Part shown: positions 1 to 7,439 of the stretch, one piece after another
Position numbering within the stretch: position 1 is the stretch's first letter
Layout of the letters: every line of letters begins with the position of its first letter
NCBI GenBank assembly: GCA_965197475.1
Contig: CBDANF010000002.1
Span: 32,001 to 96,000 of the forward strand
Reading direction: 5' to 3'
Length of the DNA: 64,000 nt
From: Candidatus Poribacteria bacterium
Lineage (GTDB): Bacteria; Poribacteria; WGA-4E; WGA-3G
Made by a program: the position numbers and the translations under genes
Notes under the pieces: model-generated
The model's database searches: none
Seen by the model: the letters and a program-made list of their open reading frames with translations, nothing else
What the model was told of the DNA's origin: nothing

Positions 1-335
1 TGTTTAGATAGGGGAGAATTCACAATAAGATAAAAAAGCACAATGTAACGGGCAAGTGGACGGATATTGTATAAACTTCCTATTAGAGGGGAACGGTTTA
101 TCACCATTGAAAGAAAGACCACAATGTAAAAGCCTATCACAGGTAAATCAATGGGGGTTTTGACAAACGGAATACCCTTGTAAAGTTTGTGGAAAACAAG
201 TTTTCCGAATGCTGCATAAATGAGAATTTCGCCTAAGAATCTTAAATAGGAGTAAACCGCATCGCTGACAGGTAAGAACTTCAGCACAAACTCTTCAAAT
301 GCAAAGTATCCGGTGAGAAAATAAATTATTGCCAT
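1..335 (-). CDS. 5' part of a polytopic membrane protein, O-antigen ligase/Wzy-like (runs off the window)
   Basis: Manual translation from ATG at 335: MAIIYFLTGYFAFEEFVLKFLPVSDAVYSYLRFLGEILIYAAFGKLVFHKLYKGIPFVKTPIDLPVIGFYIVVFLSMVIN... It is hydrophobic, stays open to the window edge and follows the sulfotransferases. Confidence 0.6.
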   Translation of the reverse strand, partial: MAIIYFLTGYFAFEEFVLKFLPVSDAVYSYLRFLGEILIYAAFGKLVFHKLYKGIPFVKTPIDLPVIGFYIVVFLSMVINRSPLIGSLYNIRPLARYIVLFYLIVNSPLSK

Positions 336-435
336 TTTAAACTATGAACCGTACAAAGATTTGAATCGCTTTGTTCCATGTTTTCGCTTTACTAATCTAC
401 TCATTTTCAAATATCAAACGATTCCAAATTTACTC

Positions 436-1341
436 TTAATGATGTGTTTGCCAATGTGTTAAATCTTGTCTCAATAATTCTGCTAACTGTTCATTATAAG
501 GTTTAAAATACTGGACTAATTCCTGGCCCGTCTGTGGGTTCAGGGGCGGAGGCGTAAAAGTTTTTTCGTTTAAGTCCAAAATAGCTTTTCTCAATTTGTA
601 AGCAGTCGCATCTGGAACAAACTTCCGAATTGCACGTCTCAATGGATTACGGGAGGCAAGAAATTGCGTAAACAGAAAGCCCAATTTTTCGGATCGTGGC
701 ATTGCAGCCTGATTGTGATGTTCGCCTACTACTGGCTCAAAATCTAAATGGACACCTATTAGTTTGAAAATTTGTTGACAAACGGCATTGGCATCGGTTT
801 TCAATTCATCTGTCAAAACACAGTGTACTTGATCTGCCCCGAACTGTGTAATCATATTTTTCACTAATGGATAATAGGTGCTGTTGAATCGATATGCACA
901 TTGCCGCCATTTAAACCAATTTTCATTTAGGCGTGTTTCCTCAACTTCAAGTGCATCTTCAAAAGTTTTAATATTTTCCCATCCTCTGCGGCGGGCCCAC
1001 CAATACGCAGAATACGCACGCGAAACAGGCTCTCGTAAAAGGACAATAAGGTGGATTTCAGGGTTGTGTTCATATATCCGTTGCATAATTTCTTGTGAAC
1101 ACATTACCATCACATTTTTCGCAATGATGTGCATATTTTCTGGACATTTTGAGAAATATTTTGCGAACGCCCATTCGTAGCCACGCACATATTCATGGTC
1201 TTGAAGGAAAAAAGTCATCTCTGGTTGCGGATGTGTGTAGATTTCAGGATGCTGTGCCAAGTAGCGCAACAACGAAGAAGTACCTGACTTCTGTGAACCT
1301 ACAATCATCAGTTGAATGTTTTTAGATTGATCCTTTTTCAT
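436..1341 (-). CDS. PAPS-dependent sulfotransferase
   Basis: 5'-PSB motif GSQKSGTSSL and 3'-PB motif LREPVSRAYS; C-terminal YFKPYNEQLAELL. Confidence 0.9.
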   Translation of the reverse strand: MKKDQSKNIQLMIVGSQKSGTSSLLRYLAQHPEIYTHPQPEMTFFLQDHEYVRGYEWAFAKYFSKCPENMHIIAKNVMVMCSQEIMQRIYEHNPEIHLIVLLREPVSRAYSAYWWARRRGWENIKTFEDALEVEETRLNENWFKWRQCAYRFNSTYYPLVKNMITQFGADQVHCVLTDELKTDANAVCQQIFKLIGVHLDFEPVVGEHHNQAAMPRSEKLGFLFTQFLASRNPLRRAIRKFVPDATAYKLRKAILDLNEKTFTPPPLNPQTGQELVQYFKPYNEQLAELLRQDLTHWQTHH

Positions 1342-2342
1342 CAGGTTAGTCTACCTATAAAAGGTTGCCATGGTGGTTGTTTGCCAATCAATTTTCTGAG
1401 ATCATCTACATCGTGCTCATAGAACGTAACTAACCGATTTTGCGTTTTTTCAGAAACGGTGACGCTTTCATCAGGACGGGTGTTCAAACGGAGATAGAGT
1501 GGTTCAATTGCTCGCCTCATTACACGCAAAGATCTATGAATTATAGGTTTGTTATGTGTCCACCGACGTACCTGGAATCTAAACGCTCTATATTTCTGAT
1601 GAAACTCTGAATTTCTCATCGTCTCGGTGCGATTGGTAACCTTAAATGTATAATCCTCATAAAAATCAGGTTCTATATCAGCAAAACGGCATAAATCATT
1701 CAAAACTTTTAATGGGTTTTCGGCAAGGTCTTCATAAAAAAGCGTGTAGATGCGGTCTTTACCAAAACGTTCAAGATAGTTTTTCAGATAGCTTGCGTAA
1801 CATCCCTGTTGGAGCGTTTGCATGTACTGTTGACGGTCTATGTTTTCCTCGGAATTCACATCATCCTGAGATGTTTGTTCTACGGACGGTTTTGCCGACA
1901 CAACATTGAAAAGTTCTTCAACATAACCATCAAAACTGAGACTTTTCGGCAATCTTCCTATCTGTCTTGCGAAGCGATACCACGAAATTAATCGAGAAAT
2001 CGGTTCACGTAGACTAAAAATCAACTTGGCATGTGGCAGAAACTTAGCAATTCTCTCAAGCGCAGATGCACAATACAAGTAGTCTGGTGTTGACTCAAGT
2101 CTAAATTGATTTTCATCACATTCTGAAAACAGCAAATTGTATTCTTCAACATCACCTTTGAATCGGAATTTTGAAGGCAGTGGATAATCAGTGTCAAGAA
2201 AGAAACGGGTTTCTTTATAGGATGCGGCACAAACTGATGGATGGTCGGCAAGATAGGCGAACAAAGATGTTGTCGCAGCTTTTGTTGTCCCTCCGACAAT
2301 CAGATATTGGTAGTCACTGACCATTTTTGTTGAAGTTTGCAT
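1341..2342 (-). CDS. PAPS-dependent sulfotransferase
   Basis: Motifs GTTKAATTSL, KETRFF, ESTPDY and LREPISRLISWY; its stop overlaps the start of the next sulfotransferase. Confidence 0.9.
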   Translation of the reverse strand: MQTSTKMVSDYQYLIVGGTTKAATTSLFAYLADHPSVCAASYKETRFFLDTDYPLPSKFRFKGDVEEYNLLFSECDENQFRLESTPDYLYCASALERIAKFLPHAKLIFSLREPISRLISWYRFARQIGRLPKSLSFDGYVEELFNVVSAKPSVEQTSQDDVNSEENIDRQQYMQTLQQGCYASYLKNYLERFGKDRIYTLFYEDLAENPLKVLNDLCRFADIEPDFYEDYTFKVTNRTETMRNSEFHQKYRAFRFQVRRWTHNKPIIHRSLRVMRRAIEPLYLRLNTRPDESVTVSEKTQNRLVTFYEHDVDDLRKLIGKQPPWQPFIGRLT

Positions 2343-2416
2343 ATTCCATCAAAATCTAAACGACAAATAATTCCTTAAAGCATTTCAAAATATCTACTTT
2401 TCCAAAAAACAAATCT

Positions 2417-3784
2417 TCAACCTTTCGAATATAGAGAAACACCCGTTTTTCTAAGCAGAAAGACTAAATTCGCCACAGCAAGAACTGCAGTAACCACAAT
2501 AGCAATCGCAATTCCTGTTAGTTCCCATACCGTCACAAGTCCGTACGCCACAATGAAGTTTAAAACCGCCATTGTGACCATGTTTCTAAAAATGAGTCCA
2601 TACGTTTTCTGAGCATAGAGTCCAGCATTTAGCACGGGAATCAAGCAAGAAAATACTGTACCAATGCTTAAACAGAAAAGGATTTGACCAATCTGTTGAA
2701 CAGATCGGTCAGCAAGTTCACCTCTTCCATAAAGGATATGCGCTATTTTTGTTGAACCCAATAGAAGTAAAAACGTAATTGGGACTGCGATGTATAATAC
2801 AGTTCGCAAGTTGCGTAATAGTGTCTGTCTCAACTTTTGTTTATTCTCTTCAGTGTTATCTGCTGCCATATCAGGCAATCCTGTTGTGGCAATGCTTATC
2901 CCAATAAGCGTCTGTATCGCAGAAAAAATTCGGAAGGCACTATTGTAGAGTGTAATTGCGCCTTTGCCGAGTTTTCCCACTAAAAACACTTCAACAAACA
3001 AACGAGCAGTTATCTGTCGGATTGCGAAACCGAGTGTCGGCAGTGGAATTGTCTCTTTCAATGAACGCAGTGCATCAAAAGATATCCACGAAAAACGGTA
3101 GCCATATCCCGCCCTATGCATCCCGACGTACAACCACCCAAAATATACCACAAATCCGGATGCGTAGGCTATAGCGACGCAATGTGCAAGGTTTTCTGCA
3201 TCTGATAGAAGCAGGAAGACCAAGGTTGCGATCCCGGATGGAAGCGCGTTTCGGAAGGCAACTGTTTTGAAACGCCGCTGACTATTTAGAAACGCCCCCA
3301 ATATTGTGCTACCACTACCGAAGATAACTAATGGCGCACACAATCGCAATAAGGTTGCCATCTCTACTCTTGCTACCACCGAACTACTTGACAACAAAAC
3401 GTTCGCGATCCATGTTGCGAATACCTCTATTAGCAGCATCAAAACCACGCCCGCACAGAGCATAAAATTTAAGATGCCACTTGTAAAATATTGAAAATCG
3501 GTTCTGCTTTTCGATTTCTCTTCATTTATAAAAAGCGGAACAAGACTAAATTTAGCACCTTCTCGGAGTACAGTATCAACTAATAGAACAACCTTTAATG
3601 CAGCAATTAAAGCGTCCGCTGTTTCACTTACCTCAAGATATCTGGGAATTAAGACATGGAATAAGAGACTCAACCCCATTCCTATAAAGGTAATTAGCAT
3701 TACCCAGCGAGTTGGAGAATGTCTCAACTTTTCTACTAATCTACCTATCTTTTGGAACGAGTTATGCTCTCGAATTCGCTTCAA
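2417..3784 (-). CDS. MurJ/MviN-family (MOP) lipid-linked glycan flippase
   Basis: Many TM segments; MviN-like motifs (REGA...LVPLF, GAITLYNSAFRI, GISIATTGLP); glycan-locus context. Confidence 0.75.
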   Translation of the reverse strand: MKRIREHNSFQKIGRLVEKLRHSPTRWVMLITFIGMGLSLLFHVLIPRYLEVSETADALIAALKVVLLVDTVLREGAKFSLVPLFINEEKSKSRTDFQYFTSGILNFMLCAGVVLMLLIEVFATWIANVLLSSSSVVARVEMATLLRLCAPLVIFGSGSTILGAFLNSQRRFKTVAFRNALPSGIATLVFLLLSDAENLAHCVAIAYASGFVVYFGWLYVGMHRAGYGYRFSWISFDALRSLKETIPLPTLGFAIRQITARLFVEVFLVGKLGKGAITLYNSAFRIFSAIQTLIGISIATTGLPDMAADNTEENKQKLRQTLLRNLRTVLYIAVPITFLLLLGSTKIAHILYGRGELADRSVQQIGQILFCLSIGTVFSCLIPVLNAGLYAQKTYGLIFRNMVTMAVLNFIVAYGLVTVWELTGIAIAIVVTAVLAVANLVFLLRKTGVSLYSKG

Positions 3785-3914
3785 GTTCTAATTGTCTCTC
3801 AAATGCACTATACTGAAAACCAGATTTTTGACTTGTCGGTTCGCCGAATTGTTCATTTTTTGTGATTAGCAGGAGTTAGAAATCCAGTTGTTACGAATTT
3901 GCAATATGCTAGCA

Positions 3915-4316
3915 TTATCCGTTGAGAATCTTCTGGACAATGTCTGTGGTATGGATATAATCCGTATACACCGTTTGAACAGGTATCTCTAATCCCAGTT
4001 CTTCAAGAATCTCGCGGAGTCTTGCATTGCCATCAGCACCTTCAACACAAATATCGGGTGATACCTGAGCAACTAAATCCAGTTGCGACTCCAAAGAAAA
4101 GATTTCCACAGTATCCACATATCGACATGCTTTTATCAGTGCAATACGTTGTTCAAGGGGATAAATAGGTCTATTTTCACCTTTGACGCGTCGGACTGTA
4201 TCATCCTCAGCAACACCGACCACGAGCCGATCACCACATGCAGCCGCTGCCTCGAAGAATTTCAGATGTCCATAATGAAATAGATCGAAACAACCCGTAA
4301 CCAAAACAGTTTTCAC
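3915..4316 (-). CDS. Cytidylyltransferase, HxGH family (TagD/RfaE-domain II-like)
   Basis: TGCFDLFHYGH motif, LVVGV, KGENRP and C-terminal TT motif. Confidence 0.85.
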   Translation of the reverse strand: MKTVLVTGCFDLFHYGHLKFFEAAAACGDRLVVGVAEDDTVRRVKGENRPIYPLEQRIALIKACRYVDTVEIFSLESQLDLVAQVSPDICVEGADGNARLREILEELGLEIPVQTVYTDYIHTTDIVQKILNG

Positions 4317-5308
4317 GTTTGAAGCTCCAATGCTCTAAAAGCATATTTGGCTGTTTGCCGATGTTGGTAAACCTCTGCCTCTGGTGGAGAATTGAAGTGG
4401 AACGGACTGTCTAGTTTATCTAGTTTAGGAGCCAGTTTTTCACCGTATCCACCGATAACGTATATCTCTGATTTTTCGGGAACCTGCATCAACTCATATA
4501 GGGAAATGATGTAATTCATTTCAGAAATAGTAATTGGATTGGAAACTTTTTTGACGACCTGTTTGTGAAAACTACCGTTTGCTGTAATCGTCCAACGTAT
4601 TCCTTCCAATTTCTCATCTTGTCTCGGTAAGAATGAAATTTCCGGCTGACTGATCACCACCCATGTTCCTGCAATGATGATTGGTTTGGGATTAAACACA
4701 GAGATACAACTATGATCATGCCCGCCAGCAAAGACTGCAACACCGTTTTCAGTGTTCCCAACGATTGTTGCTGCACTCATGAATTCAGATGAAAACGGAA
4801 AGGGTTCACACTGATATTTTTGGAGTAGTTCGACTGCCCAACGTCGCTGAGAAAAGTTTAACATACCGCTATTGCCAGCGTGTGTCAAATCCCAAGTATT
4901 TATTTTAGCATTTGCAAGCCGAGATGCGATATAGGTTGAAACAGGTAATGCTGGTCCGTCAGAATAGGAAGGAAACGTTAGAAGCGATTGAAATGCTGAA
5001 CCGATATCCCGTTTGACATCCGTTGGCGTGCCTGTCTGCTCATAATAATCCTCAGATAAAGGCACACGATTATGGGTAGGTTCATAAATAATATTGTTAT
5101 AAACAACACCTTCTCCGAAACTAAGCGGAAAGATTGCTTGATACGTGTAATTGTCAAACTTAGACAAAACCTCTCTAACACATGCCTCAAGCGTCCTTGG
5201 TGATGTAATATCGGTCACCAATTTATAATCAGCGATGATGTCTAACGTATTGTTGAACAGATAGCCTTTCGTATATGAACAACCTATGTCAAGAACCAGG
5301 ATTTGCAT
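4313..5308 (-). CDS. Compact FGGY-family (rhamnulo/fuculokinase-like) sugar kinase
   Basis: LVLDIGCSYTK phosphate-1 motif, DLTHAGNSGM, AGGHDH, AGTW, VIGG. ATG at 5308 is preferred over TTG at 5326. Shorter than typical FGGY kinases. Confidence 0.6.
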   Translation of the reverse strand: MQILVLDIGCSYTKGYLFNNTLDIIADYKLVTDITSPRTLEACVREVLSKFDNYTYQAIFPLSFGEGVVYNNIIYEPTHNRVPLSEDYYEQTGTPTDVKRDIGSAFQSLLTFPSYSDGPALPVSTYIASRLANAKINTWDLTHAGNSGMLNFSQRRWAVELLQKYQCEPFPFSSEFMSAATIVGNTENGVAVFAGGHDHSCISVFNPKPIIIAGTWVVISQPEISFLPRQDEKLEGIRWTITANGSFHKQVVKKVSNPITISEMNYIISLYELMQVPEKSEIYVIGGYGEKLAPKLDKLDSPFHFNSPPEAEVYQHRQTAKYAFRALELQT

Positions 5309-5433
5309 TGCAATACCTCTGCACAAAACTAAAATCTCTTGTAATCACCTTATGTTAACTTACTATTCCTATGATAAAACAGGTATTATCGCGTCTAATG
5401 TATAGTAGTAAATTTACTTCTATTATTTATAGT

Positions 5434-5462
5434 TTGTATCAAATGACCCCATGAGTTATACT
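5434..5462 (+). promoter_or_regulatory. Candidate sigma70 promoter spanning the left junction of the DUF1670 element
   Basis: TTGTAT(5434-39)-17 bp-TATACT(5457-62); the first two T's of the -35 come from host flank. Confidence 0.45.
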
Positions 5463-5529
5463 ATTAGTATTCGTTAAACTAACGGGTAGATGTCCTCGGA
5501 TCCCCGATAATCTATTCATGGAGGTCAAT

Positions 5530-6327
5530 ATGAACCGCAAGAAGGATACCGCCTACGGTATCAATCGACTGGAATCCAAGAATGCCAGAGCCGCGATTAT
5601 TCAGAAGATTTCAGCAGACTTTAATCTAATGCCTCTCGTTGCTGAAGCCTACTATAAACAGATTTCTACCTACTTTGAACAACACGCCGATGTGCAACTC
5701 ACATCAGGGCAAATCTGCTACGAGGCAGTCGCCGCTGAGGAACCCGCAGGCAAACACATCGCTTTAGCGAAAAAAATCTCCTGTCGACTCAAACTCAACG
5801 ATGTTGAAGCCGACCTTGAAGTTTTAGCGACTTATGGGCTCGCAGGTCTCAGACAGCATCGGATCCTCCGATTGACCCAAGAAGCTTATGACCAAGAAGC
5901 CTTGCTGAGTTATGAGGATTTGGCGGTGTTATTAACTACCAGTCCTGCCACCGTCAAACGCGACATCCGAGCGTTGAAGCAGTCCGGCTATTTCGTGATG
6001 ACGCGCGGGGCGAAACACGACATGGGCCCGGGACTGTCTCATAAGACGCAGATTCTTGAGTTGTCCTTCAAAGCATACACCTTCACCGAGATTGAGCAAA
6101 AGACGAACCACTCCGAACGGGCCGTCTACCGCTACTTGAGGGACTTAACACAAGTCGCCACGCTCCATCATCAAGGTTTTCCTAACGCACAGATACGGCT
6201 CATCACTCATCTCTCTGACCGGCTGATCCGCGAGTATCTCTCGCTGTCCGAGGAATACCAACACACCGATCGCATGACCCAACTCCTTCACCCAGAGCCC
6301 GTGGAGAAAAAAAAGGAGGAACTCTGA
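5530..6327 (+). CDS. DUF1670-family protein (HTH-containing), copy 1
   Basis: RILRLTQEAYDQEALLSYEDLAVLLTTSPATVKRDI...TRG...HD...SHK...KTNHSERAVYRYLRD; GGAGG RBS before ATG 5530. Confidence 0.8.
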   Translation: MNRKKDTAYGINRLESKNARAAIIQKISADFNLMPLVAEAYYKQISTYFEQHADVQLTSGQICYEAVAAEEPAGKHIALAKKISCRLKLNDVEADLEVLATYGLAGLRQHRILRLTQEAYDQEALLSYEDLAVLLTTSPATVKRDIRALKQSGYFVMTRGAKHDMGPGLSHKTQILELSFKAYTFTEIEQKTNHSERAVYRYLRDLTQVATLHHQGFPNAQIRLITHLSDRLIREYLSLSEEYQHTDRMTQLLHPEPVEKKKEEL

Positions 6328-7211
6328 TGAGCAAACCTTTGACGCGCACGCAAATCAACGAGAAAAAGTTCAGACGCATCAACGATAAATCGCTACGACA
6401 GTTGCTGATCCACCGCTTTCTCAATGACTATGGTTATGACAAAGGCGAAGTCACTGCCACCGCCATTGTTGATGATATTCTTAAGACCGTTGAAGACTAT
6501 TTCGTGATTACCCTTCCTTTGGAGAAACTCGCCACCGGCGATCAACTCCCGGATGAGCGTTTCTTGAGTTATGGACAACTCGTTTGGATGGCCGTCCCTA
6601 TTGAAGAGCATCCAGAAAGAGGAAAGTCCATCGTCAAAACCCGCATGAAACCCATCATCCTGACTTACCTCGCCGCAGAGGATATTGAATCCTTTCGCAA
6701 CGGTTTCACCTCCCGGCAATTGCGGATCAATCGCTTGGTCCGCTGGTGTCATCAAGCTTATGACCAAGGGGCATTATTGACACAACTCGACTTGGCAGTT
6801 TTGCTCAATGTCTGCGATGCCGTTGTCTGTGATTATGTTAATGAATGGCAAAAAACCACTGGAGAACTCTTGCCCACCCGTGGCAATATCCATGACTTAT
6901 CGGGGGCTATTACCCATAAGAAAGAGATCATAACCCTCTATCTTCAAGGACATCTCACCCCCAGGATTGCCGCAAAGACCAAACACTCTAAGGAGGCAGT
7001 TGACCGATACATTCGCGATTATGAGAGCGTCAAAGTCGTTCGGAAAGCAACCGCAGATATTGATAAAATCTCACAGATTACACGACTTTCTAAACGCGTC
7101 ATCTCTCAATATCTCGACCTCATACCGCAGCACCAACTCCAAGCCATAGATGCAGACCTTGCCAATTCAGACTCAAACGATGAAGCCACTCACCAAGGAG
7201 AAGCCCAATGA
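6327..7211 (+). CDS. DUF1670-family protein (HTH-containing), copy 2
   Basis: RLVRWCHQAYDQGALLTQLDLAVLL...PTRGNIHD...THKKEII...KTKHSKEAVDRYIRD; translationally coupled to copy 1 (TGATG overlap). Confidence 0.8.
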   Translation: MSKPLTRTQINEKKFRRINDKSLRQLLIHRFLNDYGYDKGEVTATAIVDDILKTVEDYFVITLPLEKLATGDQLPDERFLSYGQLVWMAVPIEEHPERGKSIVKTRMKPIILTYLAAEDIESFRNGFTSRQLRINRLVRWCHQAYDQGALLTQLDLAVLLNVCDAVVCDYVNEWQKTTGELLPTRGNIHDLSGAITHKKEIITLYLQGHLTPRIAAKTKHSKEAVDRYIRDYESVKVVRKATADIDKISQITRLSKRVISQYLDLIPQHQLQAIDADLANSDSNDEATHQGEAQ

Positions 7212-7278
7212 GACCCTAATCCTATGTTCCCGACGAACTTTACTTCGCAAAACCGGGGCAGGTGCCTTGAAAATATGG

Positions 7279-7307
7279 TTGACAACCGCTACTGGTTTTG
7301 CTATACT
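7279..7307 (+). promoter_or_regulatory. Near-consensus sigma70 promoter with extended -10, inside the right end of the DUF1670 element
   Basis: TTGACA(7279-84)-17 bp-TATACT(7302-07) with TG at 7299-7300. Confidence 0.75.
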
Positions 7308-7311
7308 TTAG

Positions 7312-7439
7312 ACACGTTTATCGCTAAACGCATCATTTCTCAAAGAGGATGCTCGCGATCCCAACGCAACCCACTCATTAATGATCGCTGGGAAGCCAAT
7401 AAACATCAACCTTCCAGATATCCTATGGTCATTTGATAC
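7312..7439 (+). ncRNA. Candidate structured non-coding RNA (about 125 nt) at the right end of the DUF1670 element
   Basis: Lies directly downstream of the promoter, has no credible ORF, and shows four consecutive stems: CGTTTA/TAAACG, GCATC/GATGC, GCGATC/GATCGC, GGAAG/CTTCC. Confidence 0.4.

Larger units (their letters stand above)
5436..7439 (+). mobile_element. Putative mobile element with 13-bp TIRs encoding two DUF1670-like proteins and no recognisable transposase
   Basis: GTATCAAATGACC (5436-5448) and GGTCATTTGATAC (7427-7439) are perfect inverted repeats. The cargo is on the opposite strand to all neighbours and looks more GC-rich by eye. No clear target-site duplication. Confidence 0.8.

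Noticed and set aside
7361-7411. Apparent matches between RNA loops (TCATTAA, AATAAA) and the insertion-site sequence
   Set aside because: Matches of 6-7 nt in AT-rich DNA are expected by chance; they mean nothing without covariation across copies.
7224-7436. 70-aa ORF in the DUF1670 element
   Set aside because: No RBS at suitable spacing, no recognisable motif, and it spans a near-consensus promoter and the TIR; more likely non-coding.
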